Source of the DNA: Eubacteriales bacterium
Lineage (GTDB): Bacteria > Bacillota > Clostridia > Oscillospirales > CAG-272
Assembly: GCA_045655765.1 (NCBI GenBank)
Contig: JAZOQA010000046.1
Location: forward strand, 1,586-65,585
Reading direction: 5' to 3'
Length of the DNA stretch: 64,000 nt
The translations under genes and the position numbers were made by a program. Shown in pieces: positions 10,301 to 20,051 of this stretch (within the stretch, counting starts at the first letter, position 1; every line of letters starts with the position of its first letter). The notes below the pieces were generated by a model. The model searched no databases, was not told where the DNA came from, and was given only the letters and a program-made list of their open reading frames with translations.

Positions 10301-13300
10301 TGAAGGGCTTGCTCGACTACGGCGACGGAGGTGAGAACACCAACAAGAACAACACCTTTACGTTCCCACTTGTCACCGACTTCTCCGCCCCCAACGTAAC
10401 GGGCTGTGAATTCTACTATGAATATGACAGGTCCGCAAAGAAGAACAGGCTTTATGCAAGGGTGGCAATTTACGACAACCACTATGCAATGTCGGCTCTT
10501 GTTGGCTACGTCGGCTACGATTCGACCGGCACGGGTGTGACCTTCTACAACTTCGACCAATATATGACGCCCATCAAGTCGGAATACAATTCGACCTCGT
10601 ATCTGACCTACGAGCTGACTGATTATATTGACGACATCAAGTCGAACGCATACAACAAGAACACGTTTACAATTATGTGCTACGACTATGCGCTCAACAA
10701 TGCGACGTATGAAATAGAGCTTCCCGACGAGTTCCGTGACGCTTACTACGAGAACACGGGTGCTGACACCGTAGAGCTTGTGCTTGGCAGAGAGTACGAC
10801 ATCACCGATATTTACACGGACCTCACCCCCGACCTTATAAAGCAGATTTACTCCGACAACAGCATAATCGAAATTCTCGATTCCGAAGTTCCCGGTGCTC
10901 CGAAAACGTCATTCCGCATTAAAAATCAGAAGCGTGACGGCTCCTCTTACAGAAGCGGCACGGTTGCTATGCTGCGTGTCACCCTCAAGGACGGCACCAA
11001 GCGTGAGCTTTACGCTTCTTGCTTAAAGAACACGTACCTTGAGCCATCGGAAATCTCAAAGGCTGTAATTTTAAGCCCCAATCAGACCTTCCGCCTTGAG
11101 CCTCTTGTATACCCCGACACGGAATGGGGCGAGCTGCTCGAATTTGAAATTCCGGAAAAGAAGGTTGCAACCGTAGTGGGCACGGAGGTGCTTGCCCTTG
11201 CCCCCGGCTCGGCAACCGTCAACACGTACTATTACACCTCTCTCGGACGTGAAAGAACTCAGTTCTACATTCTCGTTCTCACCGACAAGGACGACTCGGG
11301 CTTCAAGCAGTATACAAAGCCCGTTGTAAAGGACTTTGCCATTACGGGTTACACAACGAACAAGGCATTCTACTTCCTTAATACAGAGGATAGGGACATC
11401 GGTGCTACGGGCGATATAAGAAAGTTTACGTCAGAACCGTTCCTTTCTATGTACCCTTCCGAGTCCGTCACGCTTTCGTGCGACTTTACGGCATATTTCC
11501 CGAACGTAACGGAGGTGAAGTATGAGTCCTCCGACTACTCTATTGCATATGTGAATAAAGACGGTGTGATAGAAGCCCTGAAGGAGGGGGGTGCCACCGT
11601 CACGGCAAAAATCTACCAGGACGGCTCACCAACATATTACACCGCAAGCGTTAGGATAGAGGTTAAGAATCCTTACGTAACTAACGGTCCTCAGCTTGTA
11701 AGCTACTTCGGAAACGGTGGAATCGTTTCCATCCCTGCTGAGCTTTGCCTGACTCACATAGGACAGTTCGCATTCTCCAACTACCACTACATCGACAAGG
11801 GTCCCGAGGATGAAATCTCCGAGGAGGTGCCCGAGACAACGAAGATTTGGTACATCGGCGAGGACACAATTACGCACATTATAATTCCCGAGGGCGTTGA
11901 GGAAATAGGTATGTACGCCTTTGCAGGACTTACGTCCCTCAAAAAGGTCACGTTGCCCTCCACTCTTAAATCCATAAGCAACGGTGCATTCCTCGGCTGT
12001 GAAAGCCTCACCGAAATCGAAGGAATAAAGCACGTCAAGTTCATCAACCAAGAGGCATTTGCAGGCTGTAATATCAAGGGAGATTTGAAGCTTAACAGTG
12101 CAATAGCAATCTCCGACTATGCTTTCCTTGGCAACAAGAATATAACGAAGCTTGAGCTTTCAGAGCATACACGCTCCATTGGAGCTTATGCATTTGCCCA
12201 AAACACGGGGCTTAAAGCCGTAAGCGTTGCCGCTGACAAGATTAAGCTCGGTCAGTACGCATTCTCCGGCTGTACTTCCCTTACGGATATATCGGTAAAT
12301 GCGGCGGTGCTTCCTACAGGAATCTTTGAGGGCTGCACGTCTCTTAAGTCATTTTCCATAGGCAAAGACGTCGAGGTGATCGGCGAATATGCCTTCGCAG
12401 GCACAAGCATTTCCGCTTTCACGGTTGAGAACGGAAACAAGACGTTCACCTCGCCCGAGGGTGCAGGCTACCTCCTCTCGGCAGACGGCACAGAGATACT
12501 TCTCGTTTCTCCGAGCATAAAAGAGCTTAAAATACCGTACAACGACAAGATTACAAAAATTGCGGCAGGTGCATTCTCCGGCTGTAAGAAAATCTCCGAG
12601 GTTTATCTGCCCAACGTTACGGAGGTCGGCGACTACGCATTCTCTGAATGCAGAAATCTTTATAACATCAAGCTCGGTCCACTTACTAAAATAGGAAAGT
12701 TTGCATTCTGCAACACGAAAATTTACAATATGCCTGAAATCAAAATTGCAGACGGCACATCAGAGGCATTCCTTACGGAAATCGGCAGTTATGCATTCTA
12801 CGGCACGAACATAACGTCCGTTACAATCCCCGGCGGAATCACCGTAGGTGACTATGCGTTTGCAGAGTGCGAACACCTTGCAAGCGTTACAGTACAAAGC
12901 GGCACGGAACAAAGCCCGACAAAGCTCGGTGCTTACGCATTCTCGTATTCCATTACTTACAGCAACAAAAAGACCGTTGCCTACATTGACGTTGGCAACA
13001 CCCGTTATTACTACTACGTCTACTCATCTCCCCTTACTTCCATTGTAATAGGTGACAACGTCGAGCTTGGCACGGGTGCGTTCTCCGGTGCGGCATCTGT
13101 AGTCAGCGTTGATCTCGGAGATAACGTCAAAATAGGCGACTATGCGTTCTATCACGCAGACAGCCTCAAATCAATCGACCTCTCCGGTGCAACATACATC
13201 GGCGACTGTGCCTTTACGGGCGGATTTGATTACTATTACAAGAGCAATATTGACAGAGTATTAAGCTCTCCCGCAATCAACGATGTGGGAACGAGCTATC

Positions 13301-14955
13301 TATTCATCTACTACACTCCCGACTTTAAGGAGGTGGATTTGTCAAGTGCGACCTACGTCGGCAAGGAGGCGTTCATCTACTGTGGCTTTTCCAACGACTT
13401 TGACAGAGTCGGACAAAAGCTTACCACCGTTATACTCGGAGATGCTATAACCGAAATCGGCGAGGGTGCGTTTGCCTCCTGCACAGAGCTTGATAGCATC
13501 AATCTCGACAAAATAGAGAAAATCGGTGACTACGCATTCTACAATACGGGAATCAAAGAGGCAGACCTCACCTCCGCTGTTTCCATAGGTGCTCAGGCAT
13601 TTGAATACTGCGAGAAGCTCCAAAAGGTTACTCTCGGAAAGAACATTGAGCTTATTGGTGCTGAGGCGTTTGCATACGACGAGCTGCTTGAAGAGCTCGA
13701 GGGTCTTGGCGGCGTAGAATACATCGGTGACAGTGCGTTTGCTTACACGGGCATCACCACAGCTGACCTTGCAAATGCCGTTTACGTCGGAAGCTATGCA
13801 TTCATTAAGCAGACTCTCACCGACTTCACCGTAGCTCTGGGCGAAAAAATAACACAAATGGGAGAAAACCCGTTTGCACTCTGTAACATCACTCCTATCT
13901 CGTCCGAGACAATCACCGACTTTGGCGGTGACAAGTACACCGAAATTATTTACGATTTCGACCTTAATGAAAACATTAAAATCATTGACGGCTGCGTATA
14001 TCAGGTAGTTCCCGAGGGTCTTGTGCTTATAACCTACCTCGGAAATGACAAGGACGTTACGGTAGCTGAGGGAACGGTAAGGATTGCTGCAAGTGCATTC
14101 AGAGGCTCACAAACCATAAAGAGCGTCACCCTGCCCCATACCTTAAAGTCTATCGGACACAAGGCGTTCTTCGGCTGCACGAATCTTTCTCTTGTCACGT
14201 TCAAGAGCTTTGAGGCTCCCGTTCTTGAGGAGGAATTCGATGCCAACTACGTTCTGTTCGGTGACAGCATTCCCTTTAAGTATTCTGACGGCGGTGTTGA
14301 CTACGGTCTTGATATTATTAAGCTCGGTATGTACAACATCTTAAAAGAGGACGGAACGCCCAATTACTCCAACTTCTTCTTTGGAGCAACATTTAAGGAT
14401 TACGTTGGAAGAGTTACCGACAAAATCACAATGGTTGCACCCTCCAACGGCAAGAATTACGACTCGTTCATCTTCGCACAGTACTTCGATCTCTTTATCG
14501 ACGGCTCCGTTGCCGCCGACGACACTACCCTTGCGGCAATCGAAGCAATAAGCAAGCTGCCCGAGAGCATAACTCTTGCACACAAGTCACTCGTTGAGGC
14601 TGCACGTATGGCATACAACAAAATCGCAACCAACGACCAAAAGGCACTCGTCACAGAGTACCAGAGGCTCACCAAGGCGGAGAGCAGAATCAAGGACCTC
14701 GAATATGCGGCGAACAAGGGCGACCAAGCCGAGCCTGAGGTACCCGACACTCCCTCGAGCACTCCGGAGAGCCCCGCTCCCGAGAACGGCGGTGACGGAA
14801 TTTCTGTCGGTGCATTCATTCCAATTCTTGCGGCTGTGCTTATTGCAGGTCTTGCTTGCGGATTCAGCATTAACAAATATACCTCTAAAAAAAGAAAGCC
14901 GACCGATGAGGACGGCAGCTCCGAAAACAGTAATGACTTCGGAGGAGGACAGTAA
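7315..14955 (+). CDS. Giant cell-surface subtilisin-family (S8) serine protease. It combines a PA-domain insert, Ig/Fn3-like spacers, a long BspA-type leucine-rich-repeat region and a C-terminal TM anchor (2,546 aa).
   Basis: Signal peptide is present. Catalytic-triad motifs are VLDTGLD (D codon 7951-7953), HGTHVSG (H codon 8173-8175) and SGTSMATP (S codon 9151-9153). The PA-like segment reads GKIALVSRGSNTFEEK. The C-terminus has a Pro-rich linker and then the hydrophobic helix ISVGAFIPILAAVLIAGLACGF followed by KKRK. Confidence 0.9.
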   Translation: MKKTKKLIMSISLVLLVVMLVTTVGIPTASATDGLVSLGESPAINQLDGIDIDESDFFAPSAVTKVPQGLDPDEKVSLIVQMKGDTLLDAYNASKTPLTFGEYFNTSEAKAKMEQISKERLELISALEDAGISYSEGDEYTTVMRGFEITVRAKYYEEIQALLMGKARVILGDEYQLSETKYVENKVDVYETGIFDSSEFPYDGEGMVIAVLDTGLDYYHSAFNNFTVPEDKLGLTFDEVASLIGTTAAAGIQPGLTASDVYISSKVPFGFDYADYDSDVYPLRSHHGTHVSGIIAGFEEKDNFVGVAPNAQLVEMKIFSDIQDTARSSWILSALEDCVILGVDVINLSIGTSCGFSTESEKEALSGVYDAIRGEGISLIVAASNSFNSGYGSEKNGNLDLNSNPDSGTIGSPATYNGALAVASVEGEKKAYLLYNGAIVYFNESTSRGGDEKNFVKELLAASGKDSVDIEFIKVPGVGRKADYGTIKEEIKGKIALVSRGSNTFEEKVNTAQAMGAAGIIIYNNVSGDILMNVGTTTIPACSISQDDGEMLAKIGRGTIRIAKQQAAGPFISDFSSWGPSPDLELKPEVTAHGGSILSAVPGQDYDRISGTSMATPNVAGVVALLRQHIKTQNPGISSVDLTARINRLLMSTADILYNMNGLAYSPRKQGAGLTNLNNAAYTTAYILTYDRKDGSVMDKSKIELGDDPTRSGVYTLVFTVDNFGDKTLEFDVSTYVMTEGVSETKTSRGETTVTQDGYLLEGADIVTKLVSGGSLSGTRLTVSGGSKATVEITVTLSEENKKYLDESFENGMYVEGFVTLDNVEEGGIDLSVPYLAFYGDWTEAPIFDIDYYETNRDELDESLNDEDKTLPDAYATRPIGGLSGDYVGYLGSFYYDQKPGSDKISADRNHISLSNQEDAINSLRYIWTGMLRGAAMVEITITDDSTGEVVYYTTDEYVRKSYSDGGAMIYPANVDVDFSAIEHNLKNNTKYTVTMKGLLDYGDGGENTNKNNTFTFPLVTDFSAPNVTGCEFYYEYDRSAKKNRLYARVAIYDNHYAMSALVGYVGYDSTGTGVTFYNFDQYMTPIKSEYNSTSYLTYELTDYIDDIKSNAYNKNTFTIMCYDYALNNATYEIELPDEFRDAYYENTGADTVELVLGREYDITDIYTDLTPDLIKQIYSDNSIIEILDSEVPGAPKTSFRIKNQKRDGSSYRSGTVAMLRVTLKDGTKRELYASCLKNTYLEPSEISKAVILSPNQTFRLEPLVYPDTEWGELLEFEIPEKKVATVVGTEVLALAPGSATVNTYYYTSLGRERTQFYILVLTDKDDSGFKQYTKPVVKDFAITGYTTNKAFYFLNTEDRDIGATGDIRKFTSEPFLSMYPSESVTLSCDFTAYFPNVTEVKYESSDYSIAYVNKDGVIEALKEGGATVTAKIYQDGSPTYYTASVRIEVKNPYVTNGPQLVSYFGNGGIVSIPAELCLTHIGQFAFSNYHYIDKGPEDEISEEVPETTKIWYIGEDTITHIIIPEGVEEIGMYAFAGLTSLKKVTLPSTLKSISNGAFLGCESLTEIEGIKHVKFINQEAFAGCNIKGDLKLNSAIAISDYAFLGNKNITKLELSEHTRSIGAYAFAQNTGLKAVSVAADKIKLGQYAFSGCTSLTDISVNAAVLPTGIFEGCTSLKSFSIGKDVEVIGEYAFAGTSISAFTVENGNKTFTSPEGAGYLLSADGTEILLVSPSIKELKIPYNDKITKIAAGAFSGCKKISEVYLPNVTEVGDYAFSECRNLYNIKLGPLTKIGKFAFCNTKIYNMPEIKIADGTSEAFLTEIGSYAFYGTNITSVTIPGGITVGDYAFAECEHLASVTVQSGTEQSPTKLGAYAFSYSITYSNKKTVAYIDVGNTRYYYYVYSSPLTSIVIGDNVELGTGAFSGAASVVSVDLGDNVKIGDYAFYHADSLKSIDLSGATYIGDCAFTGGFDYYYKSNIDRVLSSPAINDVGTSYLFIYYTPDFKEVDLSSATYVGKEAFIYCGFSNDFDRVGQKLTTVILGDAITEIGEGAFASCTELDSINLDKIEKIGDYAFYNTGIKEADLTSAVSIGAQAFEYCEKLQKVTLGKNIELIGAEAFAYDELLEELEGLGGVEYIGDSAFAYTGITTADLANAVYVGSYAFIKQTLTDFTVALGEKITQMGENPFALCNITPISSETITDFGGDKYTEIIYDFDLNENIKIIDGCVYQVVPEGLVLITYLGNDKDVTVAEGTVRIAASAFRGSQTIKSVTLPHTLKSIGHKAFFGCTNLSLVTFKSFEAPVLEEEFDANYVLFGDSIPFKYSDGGVDYGLDIIKLGMYNILKEDGTPNYSNFFFGATFKDYVGRVTDKITMVAPSNGKNYDSFIFAQYFDLFIDGSVAADDTTLAAIEAISKLPESITLAHKSLVEAARMAYNKIATNDQKALVTEYQRLTKAESRIKDLEYAANKGDQAEPEVPDTPSSTPESPAPENGGDGISVGAFIPILAAVLIAGLACGFSINKYTSKKRKPTDEDGSSENSNDFGGGQ
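11700..14240 (+). repeat. Degenerate tandem coding repeats (BspA-like LRR units of about 23 aa / 69 nt) inside the protease gene
   Basis: More than 30 iterations of the pattern I(G)xxAFxxCxxLxxVxLPxxVxx (for example IGEYAFAG, IGDYAFSEC, IGAYAFAQN) are visible in the translation. Confidence 0.7.
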
Positions 14956-16415
14956 TGAAACGTAAAATTATTTTAAGCCTGGCGGCGGCAATTATACTTG
15001 CCGCCCTGATGGCACTCGTCTCTTGCTCGGACGGCTCTCCGTACGGAGATTATGACGATGAGGGATACACTGTAAGCGTCAAATTCGACGCAAACGGCGG
15101 CACCTTTGCAGGCCGTAATGAAGTTTACATTGTAGATGTTTTCCACAAGGACGCAGGTTCCATTGCAATTTTGAAGCCCGATGACGACAGACGTGGCGAC
15201 AGCACGACAAGGCTTCCTGCCACAATGTCAAAGCATCTGCTCACAGGCTGGTTTGTTGACACTCTTGATTCAAGCTGCAAGGTTGTTGACGGTGGTGGAA
15301 ACGAGATTACTCTCGAAGCCTTAAAGAATACCGCCTGGAACTTCGATGAGTACCGTATTATTACGGACAAATCCAAGGCATACTCATCGGAAAACCCCGT
15401 GCTTACGCTCAAGGCGGGCTGGGAAAGATATAACACCTTTGAATTCTACGTCAAGGGCGAGGACGGCACGTCTTGGACTGCCGTTGCTGATAAAAACGGC
15501 AATCCCCTCGTTTACGAGGCACTGACGCTTGAATATCCCACAAAGAACCTGACCTTTGACCAACAGGGCAAATACCTCTCAGGCAACGGCGACTGGAAGC
15601 TCGGTAACTATAAGCTCCCCGCTAACACAACGTTTGTTGCTGCATACCTTGACGAGGAATTGACAATTCCCGTAAAGGGCGATGGCGAGAGCGGTCGTCT
15701 TAATGAAGAAATCTACGTTCAAAAGACGGGAGCTGACAGTGCCGAGCATATCAAGATTTATATTGATTGCAAGGACGGTGTCTGGTACGATATTTATTCC
15801 GCAAAGCAGATGTCCTCGATTGGCAAGACGAACGTCAATTACAACATCTGCACGGACGTAGTTGATTTTGAGGGCATTGATTGGCCCTTTGACGGCACGA
15901 GCGTCTTCCACGGTCAAATAACGTCGGAAAACGGTGCTATAATACGTGGCGTTTCAGCAAAGCAGGCAACAAACGCAAACAGAACGTCCTTTGGCGGCAT
16001 ATTCTACTCTCTCGGTGCAAAATCCGTAATTAAGAATATCACCTTTGAGGACGTAAGCTACAAAATCACAGGCTCACTTCAAGAGGCGAGCTTCGGTATG
16101 CTTGCAGGACGGGTCGTTGACGGTGCTACGCTTGAAAACGTCGCTATTTCTGGAAATGCAAGCTTCGTGTTTACAAAGGACCTGCTTATGGGTGATGGAA
16201 TCTCAAGCGGTCTTGTTTCTGCGGACGGCACATCTAATCCCAGAATTCAAATCTACCTTACCGTAGGCTCCGACAATGCGGATATAGACATATCCGGTGC
16301 CAACTACTCGCTCACTCTCTCGGACGATTTTACAGATGATGACCTCTTGGAGCTCTTCTTTACTTACAGGATAGAGGGCGACAAGGTAGTCTTCACGGCA
16401 GTTCAAAACGGTTAA
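14955..16415 (+). CDS. Lipoprotein with an InlB B-repeat (Listeria-Bacteroides repeat)-like N-terminal domain and an uncharacterised C-terminal half (486 aa)
   Basis: Signal peptide plus lipobox LVSC. The motif YTVSVKFDANGGTF is present. Its ATG shares one nucleotide with the protease stop (TAATG at 14953-14957). Confidence 0.75.
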   Translation: MKRKIILSLAAAIILAALMALVSCSDGSPYGDYDDEGYTVSVKFDANGGTFAGRNEVYIVDVFHKDAGSIAILKPDDDRRGDSTTRLPATMSKHLLTGWFVDTLDSSCKVVDGGGNEITLEALKNTAWNFDEYRIITDKSKAYSSENPVLTLKAGWERYNTFEFYVKGEDGTSWTAVADKNGNPLVYEALTLEYPTKNLTFDQQGKYLSGNGDWKLGNYKLPANTTFVAAYLDEELTIPVKGDGESGRLNEEIYVQKTGADSAEHIKIYIDCKDGVWYDIYSAKQMSSIGKTNVNYNICTDVVDFEGIDWPFDGTSVFHGQITSENGAIIRGVSAKQATNANRTSFGGIFYSLGAKSVIKNITFEDVSYKITGSLQEASFGMLAGRVVDGATLENVAISGNASFVFTKDLLMGDGISSGLVSADGTSNPRIQIYLTVGSDNADIDISGANYSLTLSDDFTDDDLLELFFTYRIEGDKVVFTAVQNG

Positions 16416-16437
16416 TATTTTTTGGAGGAATATATAA

Positions 16438-19053
16438 ATGAAAAAGAAGCTTCTATCAATCTTACTTACGCTTTCTCTGTGCCTCGGTGCGATGCTTCCG
16501 CTCACATCGTGCGGCGGTGGAGACGAGGGAAGCGGCGGCTCTGACAAGCCCGACTCCTTGGTAATTATGTCCGAGGAGCTTGACGGCTTGTTCAATCCCT
16601 TCTTCTCAACCACTGCGGCAGACGGCACTATTGTTTCTATGACGCAGATTTCTATGCTCACAATGAATTACGTGAACAAAGAGGTTAAGGTCGCCTACGG
16701 CGAAAATGAGCCTGTCGTAACGCTCGATTACGAGTCTAAATACGACGAGGACACGGACAAGACAACCTATTATTTCGTAATTAAAAACGGCATTAAATTC
16801 TCCGACGGTAAGCCACTTACCATCGAGGACGTAATATTCAATCTCTACGTTTACCTCGACCCTGTTTACACAGGCTCGTCCACGATGTATTCCACTAAAA
16901 TCGAGGGCCTTGCAAACTATCGTTCGCAGCAGTTCGTTGACGAGGACTCCGATATTGATGAAATCATTTCAAGCACTGCAACAACCCGTGCAAAGGCACG
17001 TATAAACGAGCTTATCAACCTTTTCAAGGACACCGGAAGAATACCCGGCTCTACATCCTACGAGGCTGATTACGAGGCTATGAAGGCTGCAATTCTTGCC
17101 CACAACCTCAACTCCACCTACAAGGAGGCTATAAGCACAAAGCCCTCAACCGTAACCAACCAGCAGCTTCTTGCAGACTACGAGAAGACCTTGAAGCTCT
17201 TCCGTGAGGAGCTTGTTCGTGACTGGAACGCTTCTCAGGAGGCTTACCCCACAACGGACGCTCCTTACAAGGATTGGAAAGAGTTTGACGACCCCGTATT
17301 CCGCTTTATGCTCTATGAAATGCCCGATATGATCACGATTGAGTATAAGAAGCTTGATGACGGCAAGGAGGACAAGACCGTAATCAAGGCAATTACCCCA
17401 AACTATGACCTCAATATGACCAAGGAACAGGCAATCGATTACGTTTATAACGTAAAGACCTCTCAAGAGCTTCACGTCGTTCTTCAGTATTGGGCAACGG
17501 CACAGGAGCTTATGACCGAATACACCGCAACCGCCAAGGAGGTTGTTCTCCGTGAGAAGCTTCCCGCCGACGGTATGGCAGTGCCCAACATCAAGGGCAT
17601 CAACTCGCTCGGTCATCCCACCGATGGCGAGGACGAGGCTGTAAGTGAGGTTGTCGTAAACGGCACCACCTACAAGGTTGCAAACGAGCATAACGAGGAC
17701 GGAACTCCTAAGAACGAGGGTGAGTACGACGTTCTTGCAATCACCATCAACGGCGTTGACCCCAAGGCAGTTTGGAACTTCTCCTTTACCGTAGCGCCTC
17801 AGCATTACTATGCTCCCGGCTACGAGGTTGACATCGCAAACAACAAGTTCGGTCTTGAATGGGGCTCTATTGACTTTATGAACAACGTCATCAGAAATAC
17901 AAAGAACGGTGACCCCAACAACAACAGCGTTCCTATGGGTGCGGGTGCATACCAGGCAACAAACGCAAAGAACGAATCCAACCCCACAATGGACGAGTTC
18001 CACAAGAATGACGTTGTATATTTCAAGGCAAACAACAATTTCTTCTTCGCTACTCCCAAAATCGACAAGGTTCGCTATCAGGTTGTCGGAGCGTCTAACG
18101 CAATAACCGCACTTGAAAGCGGTGTCGTACACTTTATCTCTCCTCAATACACACAGTACAACGCACAGCGTCTTAATTCTCTTGCATCCTCGGGCATTGC
18201 AACCGCAAGCACCGACCAGCTCGGCTACGGTTACATCGGTGTCAGTGCAAAATACGTTCCCGACATCAATCTTCGCCGTGCAATTATGACAGCGATGAAC
18301 ACAGAGCTTGCACTTGAATACTACCTCACAGGTACTGCAGAGAATATTTACTTCCCTATGTCCACCGTAAGCTGGGCATATCCCAAGGACGAGCTTGGCT
18401 ACATCACCGACAACGGTCAGCTATTCCCGAAGATTCCCTTTGACGAGGAGGCTGCAAAGAAGCAGATTCTTCAGTATATGTCCGATGCAGGCGTAAGCGC
18501 GAACAGCCCTGACCTCACTCTTAAATTCACCATAGCGGGTGCAAACGTCTCCGACCACCCCACCTATGCAGTATTCCAAAAGGCGGCAAAGCTGCTCAAC
18601 GAGTGCGGCTGGAACATCACCGTGCTTGCCGATTCTCAGGCACTTACAAAGCTTTCCACAGGATCTCTTGCAGTTTGGGCGGCTGCTTGGGGCTCTACTG
18701 TTGACCCTGACCTTTATCAGGTATATCACAAGAACTCCACCGCAACAAGCACGCTTGCTTGGGGCTACGATGCAATCAAGAGCAATCCCAACTCCGAGGA
18801 GGCGGGCATACTCGACGAGCTTTCCAAGCTTATCGACGATGCACGTGAGATAGACAACCAGAAGCGTCGTGCAGAAATATATCACGAGGCACTCAAGCTC
18901 ATTATGGAGCTTGCAATAGAGCTGCCCGTATACCAGAGAGACGTGCTTTACGCATATAATTCAAAGGTAATCAAGACGTCCAGCCTTCCCGCTGAAATCA
19001 ACCCCTACTCCACTCCCCTTGACAGAATCTGGGAGATAGAATTTGCAGCTTAA
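16438..19053 (+). CDS. ABC transporter substrate-binding lipoprotein, family 5 (OppA/DppA-like, peptide/nickel), unusually long at 871 aa
   Basis: Lipobox LTSCGGG and family-5 SBP-like sequence across the length. It sits directly upstream of the two Opp-type permease genes. Confidence 0.8.
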   Translation: MKKKLLSILLTLSLCLGAMLPLTSCGGGDEGSGGSDKPDSLVIMSEELDGLFNPFFSTTAADGTIVSMTQISMLTMNYVNKEVKVAYGENEPVVTLDYESKYDEDTDKTTYYFVIKNGIKFSDGKPLTIEDVIFNLYVYLDPVYTGSSTMYSTKIEGLANYRSQQFVDEDSDIDEIISSTATTRAKARINELINLFKDTGRIPGSTSYEADYEAMKAAILAHNLNSTYKEAISTKPSTVTNQQLLADYEKTLKLFREELVRDWNASQEAYPTTDAPYKDWKEFDDPVFRFMLYEMPDMITIEYKKLDDGKEDKTVIKAITPNYDLNMTKEQAIDYVYNVKTSQELHVVLQYWATAQELMTEYTATAKEVVLREKLPADGMAVPNIKGINSLGHPTDGEDEAVSEVVVNGTTYKVANEHNEDGTPKNEGEYDVLAITINGVDPKAVWNFSFTVAPQHYYAPGYEVDIANNKFGLEWGSIDFMNNVIRNTKNGDPNNNSVPMGAGAYQATNAKNESNPTMDEFHKNDVVYFKANNNFFFATPKIDKVRYQVVGASNAITALESGVVHFISPQYTQYNAQRLNSLASSGIATASTDQLGYGYIGVSAKYVPDINLRRAIMTAMNTELALEYYLTGTAENIYFPMSTVSWAYPKDELGYITDNGQLFPKIPFDEEAAKKQILQYMSDAGVSANSPDLTLKFTIAGANVSDHPTYAVFQKAAKLLNECGWNITVLADSQALTKLSTGSLAVWAAAWGSTVDPDLYQVYHKNSTATSTLAWGYDAIKSNPNSEEAGILDELSKLIDDAREIDNQKRRAEIYHEALKLIMELAIELPVYQRDVLYAYNSKVIKTSSLPAEINPYSTPLDRIWEIEFAA

Positions 19054-19065
19054 GAGAGGTATCTT

Positions 19066-20037
19066 ATGCTCAAATATATCATCAAACGTCTGCTCCTCTC
19101 GGTGCTTATACTGATTGGCGTGTCGTTCATTGTATACGTGCTTGTCAGATGTATGCCCATCGACTTTGTCGAGCGGCAAATTTCCTCGATAAGCACGAAC
19201 AATGCCGTATCGCAGGAGCTGATAGACAATATGTACAAGTCATACGGCCTTGACGGCAGTATACTTGACGGCTATATCAACTGGCTGACGAAGCTTTGTC
19301 GCTTCGATTTCGGAGATCGCTTTGTAAACGGCCTCTCCGTCGCATCTGAAATTAAAAATCATATGGGCATCTCGTTCATCGTGGCACTCATCGCCACGGT
19401 GTTCGAGTTCATGATTGCAATTCCCCTCGGTATCACGGCGGCAACGCATCAGTATTCTATCAGAGATTACGTTGTCACGGTGCTTGTAATGATAGGTATT
19501 TCCCTGCCCTCGTTCTTCCTTGGACGAGTGTTCCAGATTCTCGCTCCGCTTGTGGGGCTTGAATCGCTGTTTATGGAATCGGGGCTTTCGGGCACTGGCT
19601 TTGGCGACACGTTCGTCTTCTACCTACGAAACCTGCTCGCACCTATCATACTCGTCGTCATACTCAGCATAGGAGGACGAATGAGAATGACGAGAACGAA
19701 TATGCTCGAGGTTATGAACTCGGACTACATAAGAACAGCCCGTGCAAAGGGTCTTTCCGAGCATAAGGTAATTTACAAGCACGCATTCAGAAACACGCTG
19801 ATTCCGCTTGTAACGTCCCTTGCGGGTCTCTTGCCCACACTTTTCTCCGGCGCTATTATCACAGAGGAAATATTCAATCTCCCCGGCATAGGTCAGCTTG
19901 CACTTGAAGCAACTATGAATGCAGACATTCCGTTCATTATGGGATACAATATGTTCCTCGCACTTTTGAGCATTCTCGGCGTTCTGTTTTCGGACATTAT
20001 GTACGCAATAGTAGACCCGAGAGTCAAGCTGTCTTAG
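19066..20037 (+). CDS. ABC transporter permease (OppB/DppB-like)
   Basis: The N-terminus MLKYIIKRLL and the EAA-loop region YIRTARAKGLSE...HAFRN are typical of OppB/DppB. Confidence 0.9.
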   Translation: MLKYIIKRLLLSVLILIGVSFIVYVLVRCMPIDFVERQISSISTNNAVSQELIDNMYKSYGLDGSILDGYINWLTKLCRFDFGDRFVNGLSVASEIKNHMGISFIVALIATVFEFMIAIPLGITAATHQYSIRDYVVTVLVMIGISLPSFFLGRVFQILAPLVGLESLFMESGLSGTGFGDTFVFYLRNLLAPIILVVILSIGGRMRMTRTNMLEVMNSDYIRTARAKGLSEHKVIYKHAFRNTLIPLVTSLAGLLPTLFSGAIITEEIFNLPGIGQLALEATMNADIPFIMGYNMFLALLSILGVLFSDIMYAIVDPRVKLS

Positions 20038-20051
20038 AGGAGGTTCTGAAA

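Noticed and set aside
11700-14240. Periodic DNA repeats that might suggest a CRISPR array or a satellite.
   Set aside because: The periodicity is the roughly 69-nt coding period of degenerate LRR units inside one uninterrupted ORF. There are no identical direct repeats or spacers.
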